Shown here: positions 47,959-57,496 of the stretch, in pieces
How positions within the stretch are numbered: the stretch's first letter is position 1
How the letters are laid out: every line of letters starts with the position of its first letter
Assembly (NCBI GenBank): GCA_963806375.1
Contig: CAWDXW010000002.1
Span: forward strand, 478,027 to 542,026
From: an uncultured Pseudomonadota bacterium
GTDB lineage: Bacteria > Pseudomonadota > Gammaproteobacteria > Steroidobacterales > Steroidobacteraceae
Direction: 5' to 3'
DNA length: 64,000 bases
Program-made: the position numbers and the translations under genes
The notes under the pieces: generated by a model
What the model was told of the DNA's origin: nothing
What the model saw: the letters and a program-made list of their open reading frames with translations, nothing else
Databases searched by the model: none

Positions 47959-48502
47959 TCGTGCCGGGGGTAGACACGCCTTCCCGATACCGAATCCACG
48001 TCATTGACGCCGTCCCGGGCTTCATCGGATCCAAGGAACACCGCACGTCCGAACACGCGCGGCAAGGCTGCGCGCTCCAAGTCAGCAATCGAGATTGCTG
48101 ACGAATTGTTCTCAGGGAAGAATTCCCACCAAGGTGACTTCAGCCGCCAACAGTTGCGCCGTCGCGAAGCTCCTGGAGCCGGCCGCGTTCCTCGCCCTGT
48201 CGAACCTCTGTGCCCGCGCAGCGGGCCCGCTTCACAGTGCACTCAATGGGGTTGCGCATTCTCATCTTTCCCATCCGAATACGTACGCAATCGGACAGGT
48301 CACGGCCAGGAGCGGTTCAAGTAACAACTTTGGCGACCGCCTAGGACCGGAGGTTCAGCTTACCACTGCTTTCGTCAGCGACCTGCTCTCCCGGAGTCCG
48401 TGCCGGCCGCGAGTGGGCGTTCATGGTTTTGAAATTGGGCGTCGCGCAGCCGACATCGCTGCGTGCGATAGGCTAAGCGGGTAGGGCAAACCCTCCGTAG
48501 GC

Positions 48503-48536
48503 GGCGAGGCTCATGGCCTCGCCTCTTCAATTTTCC
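48503..48536 (+). terminator. Probable intrinsic terminator ending the mtnA-aldolase transcript region
   Basis: GGCGAGGC-TCATG-GCCTCGCC (8 bp, all Watson-Crick) followed by TCTTCAATTTTCC. The loop contains the ATG used by ORF-track call 48513. Confidence 0.55.
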
Positions 48537-48587
48537 GCTTCTGGTAACGCTTCGGTCTCTTGGGATAAGCGTAACGGGAATTGTGCC

Positions 48588-49817
48588 ATGGACCTGACAA
48601 TTGCCCGCGCGACAAACTATAGTTTAAACCTAGGGCACGGTAGGGTGGGCATCATGGATCCGGAAGTTACCCTTGCGAATCGGCGCTCGATGTCCGATGG
48701 ACGGGACGCCCACTCGAATCTTCTGCCTGCAGTTTGCGATGTCTCGGTGACGAACGTATGCAACGCTGCATGCGACTTTTGCGGCTTCTCTCGCGACAAG
48801 AATCTGGCTGGGCCTCGTCGGTATGTCGACCTCGCCGAATTCTCCCGTGCGCTTCCGATCTTGCGTAGGCGCCGAATTCGATACATGACGTTGCAGGGTG
48901 GCGAGCCGCTGGTTCACCCCGACATTGCATCGCTGGTTGCCGCAGCAACCAGCGCCGGCATCGACTGCGGTCTGATAACCAACGGTTGGTTCCTTCCGCG
49001 GCACATCGAGGCACTGGTGACAGCCGGCATTAAGCGCCTGCTCATATCGATCGACAGCAACAATATGGCCAGCCACGAGGCCAACCGCGGCCTGAACGGA
49101 CTGAATGCGCGCATTGAGGAGGGCATCGCCCGGGCACGCGCTCATGGCATCCCGGTGTGGGCGTGCGTGACTGTGAACCGGCTGGTCAACTACGAGGCGC
49201 TGCCGGAAGCCCTCGAGAAACTCGGATTTGACGCCGTGACGTTCTCGTATCCAAGGCGCGAGCGGTTCGGCTCTTCTTCACTGGTTTATAGCGAGGATTC
49301 GGCCTTGGTCGACTTGCGGCCCGAGGAGATTCTCGCCGCACTTGAGTCAATCAAGCAGGTGAAGAAGAGGTTCCGCGTGCTCGATCCGAACGCCTCGCTC
49401 GCGGAGGTTGCTCGATTCGTTAGGGGAGAGAAGCAGTTGGTTCCGTGCATCGCAGGGCACAAATATTTTTACATCGATTGGAACCTCGATGTCTGGCGCT
49501 GCGAGCCTTGGTCCGAACCCATGGGCTCAGTGTTCGATCTCGACCACATTCCTGATCAGCGAGAGGCGTGCAATGCCTGCATGATGTCGTGTTATCGTCA
49601 TGCGAGCGCCCTGATGCATGGGGCGATTGCGGTGACGGATTCGGCCCAAGCGCTGGCGCGCGGAGACGTTCGGTCCGCGGTCAGCTCTTTGTTCCAGCGC
49701 GGCGTGGCATTCTCGCTCTGGGCACTCGCCGTCGATGAATGGCCGCGCGCTGCGCTTTCCTCGTTGAGGACCAAGCGCAAGCGGCGAGAGGGCTCGGCCG
49801 CTCCCGTCAGGGAATGA
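48588..49817 (+). CDS. Radical SAM enzyme with Cys-rich (SPASM/twitch-like) C-terminal extension
   Basis: CNAACDFCGF (CxxxCxxC), GGEPLV, later CIAGHKYFYIDWNLDVWRC...CNACMMSC. Start moved from 48513 (inside the terminator hairpin) to ATG 48588; ATG 48654 is equally possible. Confidence 0.8.
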   Translation: MDLTIARATNYSLNLGHGRVGIMDPEVTLANRRSMSDGRDAHSNLLPAVCDVSVTNVCNAACDFCGFSRDKNLAGPRRYVDLAEFSRALPILRRRRIRYMTLQGGEPLVHPDIASLVAAATSAGIDCGLITNGWFLPRHIEALVTAGIKRLLISIDSNNMASHEANRGLNGLNARIEEGIARARAHGIPVWACVTVNRLVNYEALPEALEKLGFDAVTFSYPRRERFGSSSLVYSEDSALVDLRPEEILAALESIKQVKKRFRVLDPNASLAEVARFVRGEKQLVPCIAGHKYFYIDWNLDVWRCEPWSEPMGSVFDLDHIPDQREACNACMMSCYRHASALMHGAIAVTDSAQALARGDVRSAVSSLFQRGVAFSLWALAVDEWPRAALSSLRTKRKRREGSAAPVRE

Positions 49818-49891
49818 CGCCCGTCGCGTGCCGGCGGTATCGCCAACCCCTCCTGAGCAGGATCGTCGGTATCACGGAGGCATGTCATGCA

Positions 49892-50150
49892 CTAGCAGCA
49901 GGCGAGGTGTCCGATCCGGCCGCGGTGAGCCGCGGCATCGGTGTTGGTCAGGAACAATGCCTTCAGTTCTTCGAGCTTTGCGGGATTTGAGGCGGCGAGG
50001 TCGTTGTATTGTGAGTAATCCTCGGTACTGTTGTAGAGCTCCCAGTGATAGCCGTTGACGACGTCAGGCATCTTGGCTGTGCCCATGACCCACGGCGGGA
50101 GCCTTCGCACTCCATCGATAGAGAGCTCGAAACCCGGGGACCCGGGGATC
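49892..50150 (-). pseudogene. Arylsulfatase C-terminal fragment (relic)
   Basis: GYHWELYNSTEDYSQYNDLAASNPAKLEELKALFL parallels GYQWELYHITEDYSQYNDLAAKMPDKLKEMQALFA of the 33276-35783 pseudogene. No N-terminal catalytic part. Confidence 0.55.
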
Positions 50151-50193
50151 CAGAATCTCAGAAGGCTGGCCGATAAAAACCGGGGACCGCTTT

Positions 50194-52014
50194 ATGCATT
50201 TTCAACGCGCTCCAAATTTTTTCCGCGCCATACTCGCTCTGGCGGTCCTGTCGTTGAGTATCGCTTGCGCGGCGCAGGCAGCAACTGCACCGGCGGCAAC
50301 ACAGGTCAGGGTTCTGGCTGACGAGTTTTATCTCACCCGCGCTCGCTTTGATCCATTGTATTTTGCCACGGCCAACGGTGACAGCCGGTTCGATGACCAG
50401 ATCGGCATGAGCATCGCACCCGAAGTCCGCGCCAGTTACTTTGCGCGGATTCATCGCCTGCAACGCCTGCAACGGAAGCTGGCGCAGATCCCGCACGCAC
50501 CGCTGAGCGATGCAGACCAACTCAATGAAGACATCCTTGCGTTCCAATTGAGCAGTGCGCTTGATCTGGAAGATTTTCCCGAGCATCTGCTGCCGCTCAA
50601 CCAAATGGACAATGTGCCGAGCACGCTGGCCAACTACGCCAGTGGTACCGGATCACAACCCTTGGGGACGCCGCAGCAGTATCGCGCTTATCTGCAGCGC
50701 CTGCGTCAACTGCCAGGCTGGATAGATCAGGCGATCGCCAATATGCGTGAAGGCATACGCAGTGGCATCGTTTTACCGAGAACGATCACGATAGCCATGT
50801 CTCCGCAGTTTGAGCACATGCTGAGTGCTACGCCTGAGACCAACATTTTCTATACGCCGATCAACAACCTGCCTGAGCAGTTTTCAAAAGAAGACAAGCA
50901 AGGACTGACCGCCGCATACCGGGAAGTGATCGCGGAGCAGTTATCGCCCGCGCTGCAGCGTCTGACACACTTTATACACGACGATTATTTACCGGCCAGC
51001 AGAGACACTAGTGGCTTGGGCGCCTTACCCAACGGGGCAGCCTGGTATCTGGCGCGCATCAGGAACAACACAAACCTGCCTCTGACTCCGTCTGCAATTC
51101 ACCAGCTGGGGTTAAGGGAAGTCACGCGGATCCAACAGGAACTCAGCGAACTCGGCCCCAGGCTAGGCTACGATGGGCCGCCCACTGGGTTGCCGCAATG
51201 GGTTTTCGAGCAGAAGAAGTTCAAACCCTTCACCACCGACACTCAGGTACTGAGCGCCTATCAGGAAATATACGCGGCGGTCAGCGCGCAGTTGCCGGCC
51301 TATTTCCATATCCTGCCCAAAGCGAGGCTTTCGCTGCAACTGGAGCCTGAATTAACCCGTGCGACCGCTTCTGATCACTACACGCCAATGGCCGCGGATG
51401 GTTCACATCCGGGGGTATTCTGGCCGGTTGTGAATGATCCTAAGGACTACAGCACGGTGGGTATGGTGACGCTGTTTTTGCACGAAGGCGTACCGGGCCA
51501 TCATCTGCATGCTGCCCTTCTAAAGGAAATGAATCTGCCGGATTTTCGCAAATTTAATACAGAGAATTCTGACACCGCCGCCTACACCGAAGGGTGGGCG
51601 CTATATTCCGAAACCCTGGGTAAGGAATTCGGATTTTATGAACATCCGGATGCGTACTTCGGACATCTCAACGATGAACTGTTGCGTGCGGTGCGCTTGG
51701 TCGTGGATACCGGCATCCATGCCCAGGGTTGGAGCCGGGAGAAGGCGATTGCGTATGCCATGGAAAATTTGGGTTACTCCGAAGCTCGCGCACAGAACCA
51801 GATTGAACGCTACATGGTGATGCCCGCGCAGGCATTGAGTTATAAAATCGGCGCATTGAAAATTCTGGAGCTGCGCGCGCGCGCCCGACAGGCGCTCGGC
51901 GGAAAATTTACCTATTCCGGATTTCACGACGTGGTGATCGGAGAGGGCACGCTGCCCTTGCCGATACTGGAAACGCGCGTGGATGCCTGGATTGCCAGGG
52001 AACGCAAGCAGTAG
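50194..52014 (+). CDS. DUF885-family secreted protein (metallopeptidase-like HExxPGHH motif)
   Basis: 606 aa. Signal peptide ILALAVLSLSIACAAQA; LFLHEGVPGHHLH; C-terminal YMVMPAQALSYKIG. Confidence 0.8.
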   Translation: MHFQRAPNFFRAILALAVLSLSIACAAQAATAPAATQVRVLADEFYLTRARFDPLYFATANGDSRFDDQIGMSIAPEVRASYFARIHRLQRLQRKLAQIPHAPLSDADQLNEDILAFQLSSALDLEDFPEHLLPLNQMDNVPSTLANYASGTGSQPLGTPQQYRAYLQRLRQLPGWIDQAIANMREGIRSGIVLPRTITIAMSPQFEHMLSATPETNIFYTPINNLPEQFSKEDKQGLTAAYREVIAEQLSPALQRLTHFIHDDYLPASRDTSGLGALPNGAAWYLARIRNNTNLPLTPSAIHQLGLREVTRIQQELSELGPRLGYDGPPTGLPQWVFEQKKFKPFTTDTQVLSAYQEIYAAVSAQLPAYFHILPKARLSLQLEPELTRATASDHYTPMAADGSHPGVFWPVVNDPKDYSTVGMVTLFLHEGVPGHHLHAALLKEMNLPDFRKFNTENSDTAAYTEGWALYSETLGKEFGFYEHPDAYFGHLNDELLRAVRLVVDTGIHAQGWSREKAIAYAMENLGYSEARAQNQIERYMVMPAQALSYKIGALKILELRARARQALGGKFTYSGFHDVVIGEGTLPLPILETRVDAWIARERKQ

Positions 52015-52448
52015 ATTCGCCCTGAATGATTCGGGGTCGAAATGAGCGCGATAGTTCAACTCGAAGGTTCGAATAGGCACTTCAGGCAGACTCCCCGTAG
52101 GCACCCGAAGACGTGTTTTGCCGATGTTGGCCCGGTTGCATGCACGCCGAACAGGGAGGTCGTAACGCCCGCGGCAGCCGGTGTTTTCCCCGGCGACGCA
52201 ACTCAATATTTCAATTGGGTGGCGGCGTGGAATCTCGATATGCCGCGCCGCAACCGTTAAAACCAAAATCTTGCGCGGTACTGCGATTTCCTTCCGTTCC
52301 AGTCTCAATCTTTTGATCTACGCGGAGGGGCAAGCGGGCGGCTCACTTCGCCGCATGATTCTCATCTGGTCTTGGAGCGGCACCAGCAGAAGCGTATTGT
52401 CGCGGGGAATCGCGCCATGAGTGCGGACCTTGTGGTGCAGGGGTCACC

Positions 52449-52874
52449 ATGATGAACAAGAAATTCCTCACCGCCTGGGTGGTGCTATTCGTCGCGTGGT
52501 TTTTGGGCAGTTTCTTAGTGCACGGTGTGCTGCTCGGCCCGGACTATGGGCGCCTGGGAAGTCTTTTCAGGGCCGAGAGCGACGCGCGCCAATACTTTCC
52601 GTTGATGATCTTGGCGCACGTGATCCTGTCCGGTGCCTTCGTCTGGATCTATGCGCGCGGCGTCGAGCCAAAGGCGTGGATGGCTCAGGGCTTGCGCTTT
52701 GGTGTGGCCGTAGCGCTGCTCACCATCGTGCCGACTTACTTGATCTACTTCGTCGTGCAGCCAATGCCAGTCAGTGTGGCCATCAAACAGATTGTCTTTG
52801 ACGGCGTTCTGCTCGTGATACTCGGAATGATCGTGGCTTGGCTTTACCGGAGCACCGCGTCACGGACGATATAG
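52449..52874 (+). CDS. Small integral membrane protein (4 TM), family not recognised
   Basis: 141 aa. FLTAWVVLFVAWFLGSFLVHGVLLG...; hydrophobic throughout. Confidence 0.6.
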   Translation: MMNKKFLTAWVVLFVAWFLGSFLVHGVLLGPDYGRLGSLFRAESDARQYFPLMILAHVILSGAFVWIYARGVEPKAWMAQGLRFGVAVALLTIVPTYLIYFVVQPMPVSVAIKQIVFDGVLLVILGMIVAWLYRSTASRTI

Positions 52875-53663
52875 TCAGTCCTCTGGCGGGAGGTGCCTGA
52901 AGAAGTCGCACAGTGCTCGGGCAACATCATCGGGACAGTCGAGGGGAGTGAAATGTCCGCCTGGCAGGCGGATCAGGTCCGCCCGCAACAGCTCCGCGAG
53001 CGGGCGACCCACCACGTCGATTGGTAAAAACAGATCGTGTTCTCCCCATAGGACGAGCGCTGGGACGCCACTGAGGCGCAGGAGCTCACCGATCTGTTCG
53101 GTCTGTCGTGGGTCGAGGTCCCGTGAGGCTCGGATCAGGCGTAAGCCACCTGACTCGCCCTGGTACGCCGTGAGCATTTCTCGCAGCTGAGCGCTTGTCC
53201 CGATGCGCCGCGCCAGCACCGGATAGAGGCGACGCGCCTCGGCAGGGTTCCAGGCCTGGATGCTCGCGATGGCGTCCATCGCCCATTCAGCGCCGTACAC
53301 GCCATCGAGGACAGCGAGGCCGCGGACCCGCTGCGGCGCTCCAGACACCATGAGCTGCGCAGCCGCCGAGCCAACATCGTGGGCCACGACTACCGCACGC
53401 GCAACGCCGAGCGCATCGAGTACCTCGAGCATCCAGTTTGCCTGGCGGCCCATGTCGACGCGCACGCCCGCCGCGGCTGCCGATGCGCCGTAACCCGCGA
53501 GGTCAGGTACCAGCACGCGAAACCCGGCAGCTGTCAATAATGGTGTGACGCGCGACCAGAGATAGCGCGTCGCCGGAAAGCCATGCAGGAGAAGAATCGG
53601 CAGACCCTCGCCGACGTCATCGAGAGTGATTGTCGCGTCGGTGACGTGAATGGTGGTCGTCAA
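52875..53663 (-). CDS. Alpha/beta hydrolase (epoxide hydrolase/haloalkane dehalogenase-like, Asp nucleophile)
   Basis: 262 aa. LPILLLHGFPATRYLWSRV...VVVAHDVGSAAAQ... Confidence 0.85.
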   Translation of the reverse strand: MTTTIHVTDATITLDDVGEGLPILLLHGFPATRYLWSRVTPLLTAAGFRVLVPDLAGYGASAAAAGVRVDMGRQANWMLEVLDALGVARAVVVAHDVGSAAAQLMVSGAPQRVRGLAVLDGVYGAEWAMDAIASIQAWNPAEARRLYPVLARRIGTSAQLREMLTAYQGESGGLRLIRASRDLDPRQTEQIGELLRLSGVPALVLWGEHDLFLPIDVVGRPLAELLRADLIRLPGGHFTPLDCPDDVARALCDFFRHLPPED

Positions 53664-53783
53664 AACTTCTCCAGTGGCAGCCGGGAAGACGCGCCATTCA
53701 AAGCGCGCATCTTACCGAGCACGACGGTCACACTCCATTGGGCTCGGGTCGCGAGCACCTGGTACCGGAATCGTTACAGCAGG

Positions 53784-54890
53784 CTAATGCTTGCTGGGGG
53801 CTACAGATGATTCGATGTAGACGTCGACGAGCTGGCCAGGATAGAGCTGCACGCCCGGCGGCCTTTTCATTCGGAAGATTACCGGGAGCACGCGCAGATC
53901 AACCCGTTCAGTGCGTTCACTCGACAACTGAATCTTCGGTGATACGTAGGGTTGTACCCGAACGAATTGCAGCGGGATGCTGACCTGGGTCCCCCGGATA
54001 AACATGCGTGCGGGAGTGCTCTGCGTTAACGCGAGGCGCTGTATCAGAATCTCATCGATGTAGCAGCGTACCGAGAGCTGGTCGGCCGCGCCGCCTCCCA
54101 TGAGGAGCACGGGGCCGTCGGCCCCGGAGATGGAATCGTAGGTTCCCTGAACCGATACATAGCTGCCAACGGCCGTCTGGATAGACAGCACGGTTCCGTC
54201 GACGGGAGCCCGAAGTGTGTATTTTGCGAGTTGCGCGGCGGCCGACTGGTAGGCCTTATCCAGTGCGGCGGCCTGTTGCGTCTGGCTTTGCACGTCGTAC
54301 TTCCAGGCACCAGCCCTCGTTAGTTCATACTGCCGCCGGGCAACCGACAGGCTCGCAGTCGCCACCGCAACGGCGTTGGCGGCATTGTCGAGCTGATCGC
54401 GGCTGATCAGGCCCGGGTCGCTCTTGGCGATGCCTTCGAGCTTGGTGAGGCTATCGGTATTCATCTTCAAGGTCGCTTGCGCCACATCGACCTGCGCAGT
54501 CACGACCGCTAAGGATTCCGGCCGCGGTTCCGCGCGAAGCTCAGCCAATGCCGCCTGTGCCGCCTGAGCCTGCGCCAGCAGCTGTTCGGCCGTGGCCTGC
54601 TGTACGGTAGCATCGAGGACCAGAAGCACGTCGCCGCGCTTGACCCGCTGTCCTTCGGAGACCGGAATCTGGATCACGCTTCCGGCCACTTCCGGGTACA
54701 GGGCGATATTCGTGCCGTTGGCCTGGTCACTTTGAACGATGCCATTGGCGTAGATGCCCGCCGCATAGGGGTTGGCTGTTGGATCGAAAACGGGCGCCAG
54801 AGGTTTACGTTCGATTCCGTAATACACAGCGCTGAGTAAGCCGATTAGCGCACCGGCGCCCGCGAGTATAAAGAGGGACCGGTTCTTCAC
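53784..54890 (-). CDS. HlyD/MacA-type periplasmic adaptor (DevB-like)
   Basis: 368 aa. N-terminal TM, lipoyl-like VSEGQRVKRGDVLLVLD, coiled-coil AQAAQAALAELRA... Confidence 0.85.
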   Translation of the reverse strand: MKNRSLFILAGAGALIGLLSAVYYGIERKPLAPVFDPTANPYAAGIYANGIVQSDQANGTNIALYPEVAGSVIQIPVSEGQRVKRGDVLLVLDATVQQATAEQLLAQAQAAQAALAELRAEPRPESLAVVTAQVDVAQATLKMNTDSLTKLEGIAKSDPGLISRDQLDNAANAVAVATASLSVARRQYELTRAGAWKYDVQSQTQQAAALDKAYQSAAAQLAKYTLRAPVDGTVLSIQTAVGSYVSVQGTYDSISGADGPVLLMGGGAADQLSVRCYIDEILIQRLALTQSTPARMFIRGTQVSIPLQFVRVQPYVSPKIQLSSERTERVDLRVLPVIFRMKRPPGVQLYPGQLVDVYIESSVAPSKH

Positions 54891-55579
54891 TGGACCACGT
54901 GCTCCTCAACATTCTTGAGCTGTCCGTCTTCCATATGAATGATGCGGTTGGCGTACTCAAAGATACGTGCGTCGTGTGTCACGACGAGAATACAGCGGTG
55001 CTCGTTTAGAATTTCGCGTTTGATGAATTCAATGATCCGCCGGCCGGTGTCACCGTCGAGGGATGCCGTAGGTTCATCAAGGATCAAAATGTCGGGGCGG
55101 CTGACGATGGCGCGCGCAATCGCGACCCGCTGTTGCTCTCCACCACTTAGCTTGATTGGCGAAAGATCTGCGCGGCCTTGTAGGCCTACGATCTGCAGCT
55201 GCGCTGCTGCCTGCTTTAGCGCTTCATTCCACGGTAACTGTCTCAGGATCAGCGGTATCGCGACGTTCTCGGCGCTCGTGAGCCGGGGGAACAGGTGGTA
55301 GTCCTGAAAGACGAAACCGATCTTCTGCAGCCGAAGATCGGCGAGAGCGTTAGAAGAAAGCTTCCAGATGTCCTGACCTTCCAGTTCTACCGTACCGGTA
55401 TTTGGCTTGAGGATCCCGGACAGCATGCTGAGTAACGTTGTTTTGCCGCTTCCCGAGGGACCGACGACGTAGAGTAGCTCGCCGAAGTGCGCCGCGAAAT
55501 TCACGTCGCGCACGGCATCCGTACGCAGGCGCCCCTCGCCAAACCATTTGCACAGGCCGCGGGCACGGATGGCGTCCAT
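54887..55579 (-). CDS. ABC transporter ATP-binding protein (MacB/LolD/DevA type)
   Basis: 230 aa. GPSGSGKTTLL, LSGGEQQRVAIARA, ILILDEPTASLD. 4-nt overlap with the adaptor gene. Confidence 0.9.
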   Translation of the reverse strand: MDAIRARGLCKWFGEGRLRTDAVRDVNFAAHFGELLYVVGPSGSGKTTLLSMLSGILKPNTGTVELEGQDIWKLSSNALADLRLQKIGFVFQDYHLFPRLTSAENVAIPLILRQLPWNEALKQAAAQLQIVGLQGRADLSPIKLSGGEQQRVAIARAIVSRPDILILDEPTASLDGDTGRRIIEFIKREILNEHRCILVVTHDARIFEYANRIIHMEDGQLKNVEEHVVQ

Positions 55580-55581
55580 CG

Positions 55582-56718
55582 TTATCCCCTGAACACATCG
55601 AAGGGTTCAATGCGGATCACACGACGGATGCCGATGTAGCTGGCAAACGCGGTGATGACGATGACCATCGCGAAGGCCAAACCCAGGTTGAAGAACGTCA
55701 CCATCGCGGCATAGCTGGGTAGCCGCAACTTGGCAGCTGCGATCAGCAACGAGCACAGTCCCACGCCCAGCCCATAGCCGGTGAGTCCGGTGAATGCGGC
55801 CTGAAAGAGAATCATTGCGATCAGCTCACGGCTCTTGGCGCCGATTGCCTTCAGCGCTCCGAATTTCTCCAGGTTTTCCAGAATGAATGTGTAAAACGTC
55901 TGGCCGGATATCGAGAGCCCGACGATGAAGCTGATGACCGTCATGAGCAGAATGTTGGTGCCGACGCCCGTCTGGTACTTGTAGAAGTCGGACGTGCGCT
56001 CCATGAACTCGTCCTTCGTAAGCGCCCGATACCCGAGCGCATCGACCGCGCGTGCGATTTTGGCAATATCGCGAGGACTCTTCGGCTCCACCAGAACATA
56101 AGACATCGTAAAGCGCGTGGCGGGCAGGTCCTGAGTCGCCCGCCCATAAGTCGTATACAGGGTCGGGATGCCGAACAGCCCGCTCGACGCCACAGCCGCG
56201 ATCCCTACCACGACTCCTTTATGGTCGTTGATCTCGAACTCGGCGCCCAGCGTGGGCGAGCCCATCTTGGGGTATTCGCTGTCTTTGACGACGATGAAGC
56301 CGTCATCCGCGTAAATGTCCTCGATATGCCCCTCGAGCAAGCGCGGTCGACCCAATAGAGTCGAGTCATCGAGGCCCATGATGGAGACGGCCTGGTAGTC
56401 GCCGTTCGGTAGCTTAACTAAGCCACTTCCGGTGTAGAGGGGGACCGCGTACTTCACGCCATCGAGGCTGCGAACGGCGTCAAGCACGTAGTCGGGGATC
56501 GGAATGGCGTTAGCTACCGTGTTCACCGCCCGATCCATGACCCAGACGCTTGAGCCGGTATTGATCACCGTGGCGGAGGCGCGACTCATGACACCGGCAA
56601 ACATCGAAGTCATCATGACCATCAAGAGAACTGCAAAGGTAATACCGATGAGAAGTGCCGCGAACTTGCCTCGGTCATTTACAAGCAATTTGTAGGCAAT
56701 TCGGAGAACCCCGCTCAT
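55582..56718 (-). CDS. ABC transporter permease (FtsX/DevC-like)
   Basis: 378 aa. N-terminal TM, large periplasmic loop, three C-terminal TMs. Confidence 0.85.
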   Translation of the reverse strand: MSGVLRIAYKLLVNDRGKFAALLIGITFAVLLMVMMTSMFAGVMSRASATVINTGSSVWVMDRAVNTVANAIPIPDYVLDAVRSLDGVKYAVPLYTGSGLVKLPNGDYQAVSIMGLDDSTLLGRPRLLEGHIEDIYADDGFIVVKDSEYPKMGSPTLGAEFEINDHKGVVVGIAAVASSGLFGIPTLYTTYGRATQDLPATRFTMSYVLVEPKSPRDIAKIARAVDALGYRALTKDEFMERTSDFYKYQTGVGTNILLMTVISFIVGLSISGQTFYTFILENLEKFGALKAIGAKSRELIAMILFQAAFTGLTGYGLGVGLCSLLIAAAKLRLPSYAAMVTFFNLGLAFAMVIVITAFASYIGIRRVIRIEPFDVFRG

Positions 56719-56956
56719 AGGTAATGGGGAATCCCAGGTAAGGGGAAGAGGACGACACGGTGAATCATGCGTGGCCGCGCGGATCAGCAGCCATACGTAC
56801 TTACACGGACTGCCGGTCCTGGTGACCGCCCAGCTGGCGCTACGTTGATTGCGAGCCGGTTCTTGAGTTCAATACGTATCCGGACTACAGCAGCCGGTGC
56901 AGGACTGCTCGATAGTTCTCCTCAGCCAATGGACTCGCGGAGAGGTTGTATCGACG

Positions 56957-57451
56957 ATGAAAATTCATCTTTGTTGCGGCCCGCAGCAGTATCCCGGCTG
57001 GCTGAACGTGGATGCCGTCGACTTCGGTTTCAACGTCGTTGCCGATCTGGGGGGGACGTGGAACTTTGCGCCGGCAGACTCCGCCGAGTACATCGTCTGT
57101 AAAGATGGCTTCGAGCATATGGAGTCACCCAGCCACTTTCTCGCCGAAGCCGCGCGGATCCTGGCGCCAGGGGGTTGCCTGGAGCTGTGGGTGCCGCACT
57201 ACAGGAACCCATCAGCCTACAGGCTCACCCATCGAACCTACTATTCGTGGAGCCTGTTCAATGTTTTTCCCGAGCCGCACGACGCGGTTCAGAACCTGAA
57301 CGTTATCCACAACAGGCTCTATATCGGCAGGAAGGAAAGCGCCATCTTCGGACCGCTACATTATCTGGCCAACATTTCACCCAAATGGTGGGAGCGCCTG
57401 TTCTACGTGTCGAACGTCGAGGTGAAACTGGAAAAGACCGCGCGCTCATGA
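56957..57451 (+). CDS. Class I SAM-dependent methyltransferase (type 11-like)
   Basis: Start ATG 56957. MKIHLCCGPQQYPGWLNVD...IVCKDGFEHMESPSHFLAEAARILAPGGCLELWVP. Confidence 0.7.
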   Translation: MKIHLCCGPQQYPGWLNVDAVDFGFNVVADLGGTWNFAPADSAEYIVCKDGFEHMESPSHFLAEAARILAPGGCLELWVPHYRNPSAYRLTHRTYYSWSLFNVFPEPHDAVQNLNVIHNRLYIGRKESAIFGPLHYLANISPKWWERLFYVSNVEVKLEKTARS

Positions 57452-57496
57452 CTGCAGGCGTTGCCCTGCGGCCAAGCCGCACGGCCTGCGCCGGTG

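Noticed and set aside
48513-48587. ORF-track start (ATG 48513) of the radical SAM gene
   Set aside because: That ATG sits in the loop of an 8-bp GC hairpin followed by a T-rich tract (a likely terminator of the upstream transcript). Downstream ATGs at 48588 and 48654 still leave a normal distance to the CxxxCxxC motif.
52042-52260. 72-aa ORF as candidate RiPP precursor or small protein
   Set aside because: Weak ribosome-binding site, several rare AGG/ATA codons, no leader or core pattern, and 2.2 kb away from the radical SAM gene.
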